Assembly: GCA_964016885.1 (NCBI GenBank)
Contig: OZ024740.1
Location: forward strand, 371,938,001-372,002,000
Direction of reading: 5' to 3'
Origin: Eledone cirrhosa
Lineage: Eukaryota
DNA length: 64,000 nucleotides
A program made the translations under genes and the position numbers. Positions 37,868 through 50,934 of this stretch are shown one piece after another. How positions within the stretch are numbered: the stretch's first letter is position 1; the number at the start of each line of letters is the position of its first letter. The notes below the pieces were generated by a model. It made no database searches, was not told where the DNA came from, and was given only the letters and a program-made list of their open reading frames with translations.

Positions 37868-40800
37868 AATTGTGTGTATGTGCGTGTTGGCAATATATGT
37901 GATTTGCTTCGTCATACCTATTTTGCAAGAAATTGAAGTCTTACGCGGAATTAAAAAAGAACAAAGAATAATTAACAACTCATCCATAGTTTCTGTGTCT
38001 GAGTATATGTAAATGGTTTAAATAATCATTTGACTTTAAAACAGGCAATAATTAATTAGGAAACATCACATCAGATACTTAACAAAGGACTAACGGACGA
38101 ACTCTATGTTGTCTCCCGAATTTAAGGAAATAGTAATAAAATCTCCCTCAACTACACTTTATCTTTTTAAGAAACGAACGACACTGTGCCCGAAAATAGA
38201 AGAGTGGATCATCATAGCTAGGACTTCAGTAATCAAGATTTGATCTATCACGAATGAGATACAGACTCAATAAAATCAGTGAAATTAATAAGATGTATGG
38301 CTTATTCAATGCCATGTCCCTTCAAGGTTTACAGTTTCTAGATGAATAACTTTTCAAGATTGATTTCCGCTAAATTTTGTTCATAGTTTCTCTATAATGA
38401 CTCGAGATAGAACCCGCAGCTATTGGCATTATGTTTGGGAATGTTTCCCAACTATATTCTGTATGATACTCAACAGTTTGGTATGCATTCAAGAAAAATA
38501 TTTAATCTAATTATCGATCCACTTACGGTTTGTTTGTAACGACAGAGTGTATTTGATTTTAAGAAGTTTCGCATCTTATCATGGATTTGCTTTTGTCGAA
38601 TATGTAGCTTTAGTATGTCAAGTTATGAGGGGATATAACAAAAATCAGTAGTCAGTGACACAATAGATTTATATGATAAGATAATTAAAACCTAATTGAC
38701 TAACATAACTTACTTATGAAAAAAGACAACCAAGTGTAGAGGATTTAGATATTTTAGTAAATTAGATTCGAGTAAATGATCAGTTGGGTTAAAAAAGGAT
38801 TGACAAGATGTCCTCTCTAACTAAATTTTTAGCAATTCAAACAGACTCCTGCTCACCTGCAAATATCAAGAAAACAAAATTCGAAAACAAAAATAAAACG
38901 AAATCATAACGTCATATTGTAAATTTTTCATAGTAAAAAACTGTGATATTTCCCAGGAACTGTCAAGCCATCAAAAAGGTAAATTTCTTACTATATTTTT
39001 TTACTTCAAATAACGTTCCCGATTTTTTTGTGTATATGCAATTTGTGGTTTGATTTTAACTATACGTATAGGAGATGTGGTCAGAAGGAAAGAAAAATCT
39101 GTGCGTTAATGCAACCATGTTGCAAGTTTCAAATGTCATCACCACTATCCAACTAACATATCACTAATACATACATACACACATACATACATACATACAT
39201 ACTTACATAATACATACTTACATATACATACACACACACGTATATATATAAATGGCTGCTCACCCATCTCCTTGCATTCTGATGACTATATAATCGACAA
39301 ATACATTTGTACATCTTTCCACACGAACCGCATGTTACGCTGTCACGAACTTACTGGAGTCACATTTTTGTATATTCTAAAGAATTCATAGATGAATAAC
39401 AAAGCCAGCCACAGAATGACTTATACAACCATATATATTGCAGACTAAGTTTATCCATTTTCTCCCCAAAAATTGCATTTTCATGCAGCACACACAAATG
39501 TTGGCATATGGAGCACTTCTGGCGCGACTTTCGTTTGAAAATCTAGCTGCATCGACAAAAGATATTCGGATGGGACGTCTTTTTTATGAATAGTCAGAGG
39601 AAGAAGGGCTCGCGAAATTAGTTTAGAAAAGTAATATGAAACTACTGCTCATTTATTGCTACAGTATGAAGCAACAGATTAAGCTATTTAGTTTTCTACA
39701 GACTAGAGACCTGTTTCAAAATGAGTGTACGCCGTCAACTGTACCCAAAGAGTAAGTGGTGCTATTAAAGCGAATAACGGATTACCTACGAAATGGTACA
39801 TTCGACTAATCAACCTTCCATACTATTTCTCCATCGAATCGACGTCACTTGAATGTAAGATTAGCTCTGTTAGCAGATCAACATGCCACGAAATGTATTT
39901 GTACAAGTAGCCATATGTTTACGAAGTGAAATATTTAACCAAAGCCATATCTTCACAAAGTGAAAGACTTCACAAGCATGCAATACGAGTCTATTCCCAA
40001 AATATTGAATATGTTATTGAGTGCGCCAGTGAATGAATCAAAGATTCAACCAAAACGTTTATCATAGCGTAGTAAAACTGAAACAAGTATACAGCATTTC
40101 TCTGCGTGTGATTTATATATTGAGATTTTATTAACCAAATAATAATGGCTTTATACGTCTGTAATAATATGCTGACGAATAGGAAATAGATATATTCGTT
40201 CATTCTAAATTTCAAAGGAAATAAATAAGTTTACACTGTAGGCTATGTCTACCTTGTATAGCAAGTAAAATAATTTATTTCTTTGTTAATTCAAGGTAAA
40301 GAGGAATATATATTTAATTTCCTAAGATAGATATGTGTCAAACACACACTTTTATGATGCGTTTATCTTATTCGCCTTGGGCGGGATTTAGTGTATATGA
40401 GTCAGTGGAGTTAAATTTAATTTATCAAGATATATATAGATATCTTTCCATTCACCACAGCGGAAAAAGTTATATCGCGCTTCACTAACTTAAGACACCT
40501 GTTTGCAAGACGCCAAGTGTTAAGCACAAATATCACCACATCAATAAGGAAACACTTCAACAGACAATCTTATACATTGCATATAAAGAATTATTTGGAT
40601 ATCTAAGAAAACGCTCGGGTTATTGAGAATGAATAGCTAACTCAATTTTGTGATAGCAGTTTTAAAAGAAAAGTACATTTGAATGAATCAAATCGAGCTG
40701 CTATCTATTTTATCCATATATATCTTATATCAAGATTTCAAATTGGAACTGAGAAGGCCAAAACAAAATATGATATGCCATTAAATTAGGCATTGAACTG

Positions 40801-41020
40801 TGTTCTTTACATACGCCGCATATGGGAAGAATTATTAAAATAAACACACATGCATATATGTTTTCTCTTTGAGCTTATTTTTGATCGACCAACTTCCCGG
40901 TGGCAAAGTAATAAAGAAAACCACATTTCCATCGACACTCGTGTAAGCGTCCATTCGTTTACAGATTTTAAAGTTTCCAGATATCACCATTTGTAGCTTA
41001 TCTTATTAAGTTTCGCTAAT

Positions 41021-41107
<87 letters not shown>

Positions 41108-41108
41108 C

Positions 41109-41204
<96 letters not shown>

Positions 41205-41393
41205 GGAGGAAGCGGGAGAAAGTCGGCCGTGTTCTAACATAAATAAACAAGACACTTTAATTGGAATTTACAGATCAAATAGGTAAATATGTATGTATGT
41301 TTGTTTTGTTTGTGTGTGTGTGTATGTGCAGGTATGAATTGCATGTGTGGATCTGTATGATTTGAGTTATATGTGTACATGTGCATATGTTTC

Positions 41394-41439
<46 letters not shown>

Positions 41440-41443
<4 letters not shown>

Positions 41444-42275
41444 GTTATTATATCCTGAATTTCTGAAATGTTTTAAATATTTTCCCACTAATTCTGGACG
41501 TCTGTCTGTGCAACTTTCTAACGAGCCCTGCTCTTTCTGTTCTGTGAAACCCATCTTTGCAAGTTTTGTACTGAGGCAGTTCGTAACATATTCAAATGCC
41601 CCAATTATCACTGGTAGAAATCTAAAGGTATATTCAGGTGGCAGCTGATCTCCACGTCTGTGCATGCCTTCTTTTCCTTGTCCCATATCACTATGTCTGG
41701 TCTGTTATGTTTGTGTTTTATTGGGGTTTTGACTGGGACATTGTACCAGTACTCTTTTCTATTATGTATGCTAATGCCCTCCACATGGCTAAAGCTTTTT
41801 ATTCTCAGGACTATCGTTTCTATGGATGCATTGTATGGTGGTTTTGCTACTAAATCATACCTCATAGGTAGATAATATTGTGAGGTCTTTGGACAGCTCT
41901 TGATGTGTGTGAAATCCTCGATGGTTATTTCGCAGAATCTGCATCTATTGTCACATCTTGTTCTATGGGTAGGCGTCTACTCTAGGTGGTTCGTAGATGC
42001 CGTCGGAGAGACATGATGCGATCTTCAAATTATATTTGGCTCAATGTCAAACCTCTGCCTCCCTTTTTAGGTAGAACTCTTCGAGTTTTATCATAAATGG
42101 CTCCGATATCGTCCAGCGTCCAGTTTAGTAGTCTAAATGTGGGCAGAGCAAACACATTGTGGCCCACTGATTTATTGTGCAAAGAGTGTTCCAAAGACCA
42201 TACTTTTCTTATCCGGTAGGTATATTCGCTGGTTACTCGTACCTTGTCACAAATTCTCCCATAGGATATAGTTTC
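41440..42275 (-). pseudogene. R4/Dong-clade LINE 3' fragment (CCHC and restriction-like endonuclease)
   Basis: CRFCEITIEDFTH, MRYDLVAK, HNRPDIVIWDKEKKACTDVEISC and FLPVIIGA. Confidence 0.85.
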
Positions 42276-42313
42276 GTATTATGTATGTATGTATGTATGA
42301 ATGTATGTATGTA

Positions 42314-43690
42314 ACTAGTACAACCTGTCTCATGGTCGGGTCGCCGGCGACTAAACAGGAAAACCCACCAAGCTTGCTTGGTGAGGAGGGTGATATTTGG
42401 ACACCCTGCAGGATGAAATACAAGACCCTGCAAATGGCGGAGAAGCTTGTTCAGGATTTGTTACAGGTTTGTATGGCTGGCCGTAGCCTAAAAGTCCACC
42501 AAACTCTATAATCCTCCAAGAAATTGCAGTACTTTTAGCAGAGTTTGCAGCCATCATACATGAATGTATGTATGTATGTATGTATGTATGTATGTATGTA
42601 TGTATGTATGTATGTATGTATGTATGTCAGGTCACCAGTTGGTGCTACTGGTAACATGTATCCCAGTACAACCTGTCTCATGGTCGGGTCGTTGGCGACT
42701 AAACTGGCAACCCCACCAAGGTTTCTTGGTGAGGAGGGTGACTTTGGACATCCTGCAGGACTAAAAACAAAGCCTGTCAAAGGGCAAAGGAGCTCTTAAG
42801 AGTCAATGGCCATCCAAAATCACCGGGAGAGATGACCCCTTAGCCTTTGTCAAGGCAGAATTCTAGGAGAAGGAAAACTCTGATATAACACCTGCAACCC
42901 TGATGGTATCCAATGATGTTGACTTGTTATTATTTTTGGTAAATATCATCTTGGTTAAGAGAGTGGGACTGGCTTTGTGCAGTGCCTTCGCTCATTATAA
43001 AAGCTTCACGGCACAGGCATTGTTTTATATCTGGAGATCTTTCTGCACTTGTCGTCACATGGTGCCATGGGCCCAGCACTATGTGTCAATAATTGTCACA
43101 GGTGTAGTGTTTGTACCAGAGTTTTCAAGTCGCTGCCTGGACTAAAAAGTCACACTTGTTTAGCGCATCGGTAGGGGTTCTCCTACATGGATATTAAGTA
43201 GTGGCTGTGCTCGAAAACGAGTTGGCAGCCACCATGTATATATATGTGTGTGTGTATGTATGTATATATATATACACAGGAGAGATGACCCCTTAGCCTT
43301 TGTCAAGGCAGAATTCTAGGAGAAGGAAAACTCTGATATAACACCTGCAACCCTGATGGTATCCAATGATGTTGACTTGTTCTTCTTTTTGGTAAATATC
43401 ATCTTGGTTAAGAGAGTGGGACTGGCTTTGTGCAGTGCCTTTGCTCACTATAAAAGCTTCATGGTACAGGCATTGCTTTATATCTGGAGATCTCTCTGCA
43501 CTTGTCGTCACATGGTACCATGGGCCCAGCACTATGTGTCAATAATTGTCACAAGTGTAGTGTTTGCACCAGAATCTTCAAGTCGCTGGCTGGACTAAAA
43601 AGTTACACTCGTTTAGCGCATCGGTAGGGGTTCTCCCACATGGATATAAAGTAGTGGCCGTACTCGAAAACGAGTTGGCAGCCACCATGT
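42314..43690 (+). mobile_element. Head-to-tail chain of bipartite RTE-derived elements joined by (TATG)n/(TA)n tails
   Basis: Short subfamily 42314-42560, full copy 42625-43235, 5'-truncated copy 43278-43688. Confidence 0.9.
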
Positions 43691-44640
43691 ATGTATGTAT
43701 GTATGTATGTATGTATGTATGTATGTATGTATGTATGTATGATGTACACATGATGAACATACAGATATACACACACATATATATCAATATTTGAAATCTG
43801 TCAATGATTTGCTTTGTCGTTGTTTGTTCAGTGTTTTTATACTCGTATTGATATAAGGTGTATGCTCGAGAATTTGTAAGCGATGTTATGCATAAATGTA
43901 AGCCATTCGATTCTATAGCCAGAGGATCACCCACATAAGCTGCTACTAACAATTCAACTTGTCAAAATGCATGTAGCTACCAGCCCAGAGAATCCTCTCT
44001 CTCTAAAGAGATTCTATACAAAGTACTTATATCACATTCAGACTGCGTTAAAAGCAAGTGTACTGATTGAACACTAATCACTCTCAGGGGTGACGGCTTT
44101 TGATAGCGCTCGTCACAAAGATAAAAGAACAGGAACAAATCTACATCTCTTCCATAATTCGTATGTGATTGGTCTACTCTTCTGCAACATGTTGAAGCGT
44201 TGCAAAGATCATCCCATACTTTACCGCGAGAGGAAAGTGTGGGCTTTGCAAGATAGAAAGGTTTTAGCAATCTACATCTTTTAAAAGGATATTAGAAGTG
44301 TAGTCCAATTGCTGTCTTCCTCTTGGAAAACATAGAAACTTTTCCGACGATCAAACGTCCCAATTAATTAAAGTCCAATTGAGCAAATCAAATCTACGTA
44401 CTGCTGACGTTCATGTACTTGGAATGAGCTGCAACTATTTACTATACCGTAGCAATCAGCAAAATATCCGAACACCGCCATTTTTAGACAACAAAGCAGG
44501 GTGACATAAAAAGGACCCCTATGTAAATTTCTTCCATTATATTACATATATATTTGCGATATCGTTATAACATATAACAGGTAACATCTTGAGGAATGAT
44601 TGAGAAAAACACTGACTGTAAAATGCATTCCTATACACAC

Positions 44641-44686
<46 letters not shown>

Positions 44687-45401
44687 GCATATACAGTTAT
44701 ATGTATTTGTGTGGGGGTTGAGTGTATATGCATGCATACATACATACACACACACGCGCGCGCACACACACGCACACACACACACACACATACACACGTA
44801 TATATTTATATACGTATATATATAATTATCTTGCATTCCTGTAAGCTACAGAGAATGTTCTATTTACAATAACTCTCATAAAGAATTAAAATATTATCAA
44901 AGGTGCAGGTATACGCAATGAACGTACCATTATGTACATACTGTATTGTTACACAAATTCTAATGCTAATAAGTTTTGAGATGACTATTCTGCTAAGAAA
45001 TGCAATGCAGCACAATTAAATAAGTACACATAATAGTTTTTCAAGTAGTTTGTTTATTCGACTTTAAGAAACTATTGGGTATATTGAAGTTTTGTCTGAC
45101 TATCTAGAAGCCTGTTGGGGATAAACATCTGTGAAAATCTATTGGCTGTCTTACAGAAATGATATCTATTTTAGCATAATGTAAAGGAACACTTTTGTGA
45201 ACACAGAAAGAAAATTACATTCTTATCGGCACAGTTTACAAAGACGTAAAATATAATCAAATAAAGTGCATCCATAACACATGTATATTTGAATGTAAGT
45301 AAATGTAGAAGTGTATAAATACGTATCATAATCATTTATATAACAATGAACACACATGCACACATATGCACATACACACATGTACACACATATCTGCATT
45401 C

Positions 45402-45432
<31 letters not shown>

Positions 45433-45435
<3 letters not shown>

Positions 45436-45945
45436 CGGTTTTGAATTTGTTTTGTGAGATTTCTTATCTGAAAACGTGTGTTGAAACAGATATTATTATA
45501 CTTTGGGAGGGTCATGCTGCTAATAGAAAGCGCACGCACCTGTTGGTTATTTACTTCAATTTATTATAAGTTTCCGGGTGGTTGGCTGGTTCGATAACCG
45601 GAAGGTTGTTTATATATTGTTTATATACTGTTTATATATTGTTTATATACTGTTTATATATTGTCACATTCTGTGACCTCCTCAGTGACTAGGTTTTTAT
45701 TTTGTGTGTCCCTCCTTTGTTCTGTCCTACACCAGCTTGTTTTTGTGTGTTGTGTATTGTGTGCTTCGTTTGCACATGTGTTACATCCGGGTGTGTGCGA
45801 GTTTATTTAGTCACTAAGGAGGTCACAGAATGTGTGACGAAAGAGCTTTGACAATATATAACAACCTTCCGGTTATCAAAACCGTAGTCAAAACCAACAG
45901 GTGCACGTGTTTTTATTGGCAACACAATCCTCCCAAAGTATAACA
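45433..45945. mobile_element. ORF-less inverted pair of Penelope 3' termini (family of 50935-52865)
   Basis: 45433-45805 is the reverse complement of about 52480-52865; 45808-45945 matches about 52598-52805 directly. (TA)n on both sides. Confidence 0.85.
45810..45852 (+). ncRNA. Hammerhead copy with mutated core (CTAAGGA)
   Basis: gtca-CTAAGGA-g-gtcaca-gaatg-tgtgac-GAAA-gagc-TT-tgac. The opposite arm (45661-45690) has CTGAGGA but lacks the GAAA segment. Confidence 0.6.
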
Positions 45946-46017
<72 letters not shown>

Positions 46018-46556
46018 AGGTTATAGTATTAGCTATAATCTAGTTTGCTCACATTTACTCACTTAATGAGATATTGTATGAAATTGTATCGAGCAAAACA
46101 TGTCTCAGATTGCTAACAAAGAGTATAGTCGCAATGTGGCCGTTGCACTTGTACCCGGGTTTTTGCAAACAAAGAAAGTCACGATAAGTGCAATTTGCAG
46201 CTTGCTGAAAACTGTCATACTGCCTTGGCTGCATCAATAGACAATGTATTACGGAGATAGAGAGAGATGAATATTGCTTCGATCTCTATGAAAGTGTGAG
46301 ACAATTACTTCCAGAACAAAGTTGTCGGTAGCAGGCAGTGCCTTCCTATGAGGGAGAACTGTCTCTCGTTTGACAGAGGATAGTGCTAAATAGTGGCGAC
46401 ATTTCAAATAGAATATATTTCATTTCATTAGCCAAAATTTAGATCTCAACCAGTTGGAAAAATAAAAACAGAATTGTAGAGAAGCACAGAAGTAAAGGAG
46501 ATAAATACAATTTACTTACGTTACTAGTTGTCTGTTAACTGGGAGACACACACAGA

Positions 46557-46678
<122 letters not shown>

Positions 46679-46793
46679 CATGTATATATATATATTTTGA
46701 GTATGATTCCAGTTCCTTTGAGGACTAACAACATACCCAGGAGATGGACCCATTACAACATCATGTTTCCCTGTTTTTTCTGCCTTAATTCTT

Positions 46794-46848
46794 ACTGCTT
46801 GATGAGGTCACAGCCAATAATGGCTGTCACTAAAACATGTATAGCAGC
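46794..46848 (+). ncRNA. Degenerate hammerhead, family of 47876-47930
   Basis: actgc-TTGATGA-ggtcacagcc-aataat-ggctgtcact-AAAA-catgta-TA-gcagc. Confidence 0.6.
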
Positions 46849-46898
46849 GAATTGGAATAAACTAAGCCAACTTCAACATCTATGACTAACACTTATTA

Positions 46899-47001
<103 letters not shown>

Positions 47002-47512
47002 CCCCCCCCATATATATATATATATATATACACAGATAAATCCACCAATTAATGGTAGGGTCTAAACCGTATGAAGAACTCAATGTAATCCGTAAGTAGA
47101 AGATGTGAAGGCAAAGTTTAAAATACAAAGTTTCAACGATATAATTCATGGGATACTGAGTCAAAAATCCTAATAGTGAAAACAAGATAGAAGAAGACAG
47201 TCATTCCGATATAGACCACCTTTGAGGTGGAGAAAAGAGGAATTTAAGGCGAAAGAGGCCCACAAGGACCGTAACCTTAGAGAAGACGTATGTATATTTT
47301 CTTACTATGATAATTTGTAATATATTTTACATAGATCAATAATAGAATGGACATACGGGGAACTACCCCCAGAAACGATCGTAAAATAATGAGTTTTACT
47401 ATGAATTAACCGTGTTTTGTCTAATTTCATTGTTTCCACTATTTGTATATATATATATATATATATATATAGGCAGGGAGTGTAACGCGAAGTTACTGTA
47501 GGTTCACCCAGG

Positions 47513-47577
<65 letters not shown>

Positions 47578-47622
47578 AAGTAAAATAAAAAGTCAAATGT
47601 TTAAAATTTAGTTTCGTTTATT

Positions 47623-47677
47623 ACTGCTATATATATTTCGGTGACAGCCATCTTTGGCTGTGACCTCTTCAGGCAGT
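47623..47677 (-). ncRNA. Type I minimal hammerhead ribozyme (left arm)
   Basis: actgc-CTGAAGA-ggtcacagcc-aaagat-ggctgtcacc-GAAA-tatata-TA-gcagt. Confidence 0.85.
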
Positions 47678-47875
47678 CCGAATTAGTGTGGTATAGACAA
47701 GTACATATGTTGTTGAGGTGTTTAACTTTGTCAATACTCTGATATGCCCAGTTCCTGGTTGGGTTGTTATTTCCTCAGTGACATAACAACCCAACCACGA
47801 ACTGGGCATATCAGAGTATTGACAAAGTTATACACCTCAACAACATATGTACTTGTCTACACCACACTAATTAGG

Positions 47876-47930
47876 ACTGCCTGAAGAGATCACAGCCAAA
47901 GATGGCTGTCACCGAAATATATATAGCAGT
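47876..47930 (+). ncRNA. Type I minimal hammerhead ribozyme (right arm)
   Basis: actgc-CTGAAGA-gatcacagcc-aaagat-ggctgtcacc-GAAA-tatata-TA-gcagt. Confidence 0.8.
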
Positions 47931-48170
47931 AACAAACGAGGCTAAATTTTAAACATTTGACTTATTTATTTTACTTTATTTTACATTACTCCGGAGTAAC
48001 CAAACCAACCTGCGCACTTCGTCGAGTGCTCCAATCTGCATACTGAGGTGTTGGTATACAACCAACATATACTCAAAATTTATATATATATATATGTATA
48101 TAAACAAAATTAGTATTTCATTTCTCGCTCTAGCATAGCAGATTACGAAAATGTAAGTATGCATACGTAC

Positions 48171-48900
48171 ATATTATTTAATAATTGTTTCTACTTTAGG
48201 CACAAGGCCAGCAATTACCCAGTACATTACTGGTACTTTATTTTATCGACCCCGTAAGGATGAAAGGCAACGTTAACCTCGGTGGGATTTGAACTCAGAA
48301 TGTAAAGGGACGTAACTATGCTAGAAGGCATGGCGTCCAACCCTCTACTGATACTGCCAATTCACCGCCCTTATATTATTTAATAATTGTTTCTACTATA
48401 GGCACAAGACCAGCAATTACCCAGTGCATTACTGGTACTTTATTTTATCTACCCCGTAAGGATGAAAGGTAAAGTCAACCTCGGCGGGATTTGAACTCAG
48501 ATCGTAAAGGGACGTAACTATGCTGGAAAGCATGGCGTCCGACCCTCTACCAATACTGCCAATCCACCGCCCTTATATTATTTAATAATGATTTCTAGTT
48601 AGGCACGATGCCAGTAATTTGGGGAGGGGAAATTCGATTAAATCGGCCCCAGTGCGTGACTGGTACTTTATTTTATCGACCCCGTAAGGATGAAAGGCAA
48701 AGTTACAATAGGCGGGATTTTAACTCAGATCATAAAGGGACGTATGATCTGAGTTCAAATCCCGCCGAGGTTAACTTTGCCTTTCATCCTTACGGGTCAA
48801 TAAAATAAAGTACCAGTAATGCACTGGTGTCGATTTAATCGACTTCCCCTCCCCCAAAATTACTGGCCTTGTGCCTATATTATAAATCATTATTATTATC
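48171..48900. mobile_element. SINE cluster: three minus-strand copies separated by an identical spacer, plus an inverted partial copy
   Basis: atattatttaataat at about 48171, 48373 and 48575. Plus-strand copy 48746-48895 joined at gatctgagttc. Confidence 0.9.
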
Positions 48901-49372
48901 ATTATTATTATTATTACTATTATCATTTGATATAACCCATGCTTACATATGTATATATATATATATATATAAATTGTGTAATCTTGAGATTTATTACATA
49001 ATCACACACAAGAAGAAACTGCTGAATAACAGAATTGAACGAACATTATTCTGCCGTCACAGAACTAAAACCCTTTTTTCCCACTACAAGCCGAATATTA
49101 CATAAAAGAGGGACACCCCCCAACTATATAAACCTTAATCTAGTTAGAAAAATATAAAAACAATCTCTTCTCAACATATATTAATAACCTTAAATTACCA
49201 CACTAATAATGGAAAGATATGCTGATGAGAATAGGTGCAAATATGCGATAATGAATGTGTCTAAAAACGTCCATAAGTATGTATATATATGTGAAAATGT
49301 ATATAAATAAGTAAATATATATATATGTTTGATGTGTATAGTTAGATGTAAGTGTATTCATGTATTAAAGTG

Positions 49373-49464
<92 letters not shown>

Positions 49465-50227
49465 TGTATATATATGTGTGTATGTATGTATGTGTATATA
49501 GATGTGTATGTATGTGTATGTGTGTACACATGGACTAGAGTATGTATGTATATATGTGTGTGTCTATACGTGTGTATATAAAGATAAGTTGAGTATGAAA
49601 ATGTATACACATGAGCGCGTATGTATGTACATGAATACATGTGTGTATATATATGTGTATGCATGTGTATATATATGTAAGTATGAATATGTGAATTGTG
49701 AGTATATGTATTTTGTAGAGGTGCGCAAATATATTTGTGTGTGAATGCGTGTGTGAAAGGATACTTACACTTGAAAGAAAAATTTAAGTCTGAATGTTAA
49801 TTAAGTGCAAACACAAAACCAACCACGCATATCTTTACTATCTCTAATCCTTCTATAGATTTAGAAAAATAACCAATAATATATTCTATAAAAAATGTCA
49901 AAACAACAGATGGGAATCTAATTACTCACTGCCACCAAGAATTCTCACTGCTATCGAAAAACCACTCCTTCAACTATTCTTCTAACAACTTCACCCCTCC
50001 CTCCTAATATTCTCTATAAAAACTAAATAGGTCCTCAGTAATATTATTCTGATGAAATGACAGTAAATAATAACATTGAAATATTGAATGTCTGCATAAC
50101 TAAAAGTTTGTAGATAGCAGCTGTTTTAGGTTACGTAACTGTTATAGAAACACGTGTCAATAAATTCCTTTCAACTAAACTGTATCCATTCAAATCTTTC
50201 TATATATATATATATATACATATACAT

Positions 50228-50399
<172 letters not shown>

Positions 50400-50493
50400 G
50401 CATGGGTTATATCAAATGAGGTTAATCAGCCGATGTATACTTTAGAAAATACTATATATTTTCAACTGTCCAATTGAGTGGCATAGAGATATC

Positions 50494-50534
50494 CAGTCCT
50501 GATGAAGCTTAATGACACAGGAACATGTTAATTG
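50494..50534 (+). ncRNA. Degenerate hammerhead, family of 22649-22698
   Basis: cagtc-CTGATGA..GGAA-catg-TT-aattg. Confidence 0.4.
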
Positions 50535-50934
50535 TTCCTCGATGCAACTTTATATATATATAGACTAGCCCTATCCATCAGACATTCGTCTCTCACATCC
50601 CCTGCTCGACAACGTAACTTGCTACTTACACTTTACTAAACCAACTACTGCTGTGGCAATAAAATCGCTAAATGTGTCATTAATTAAGAGAATCCCAAGG
50701 TAAATAAAGTGATTTCTCACACAACACAGATGCCTTATTGAACACTATATTTATTTGCGAACACTATAGTCAATGCTCATTTGCTCATATACACAAACAC
50801 ATACAGAGGTGCGTGTCTGTCTTTGTGCCTCTCTATAAGGACAGGCGTGTATATGTGCGTGTGTGTGTCTATGTATATGTCTGTACGTGTTTGTGTATAT
50901 GAGCAAATGTACGCGTACGCAGGTATGTATCCTT

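Larger units (their letters stand above)
47571..48080. mobile_element. Palindromic fold-back element (arms about 200 bp) in (TA)n with two opposed hammerheads
   Basis: 47571-47770 is inverted at 47783-47983 with a 12-nt loop; unique tail to about 48080. Confidence 0.9.

Noticed and set aside
48171-48900. CRISPR-like array or tRNA genes
   Set aside because: Units are SINE copies with A/B boxes but no cloverleaf; eukaryotic context and no cas genes.
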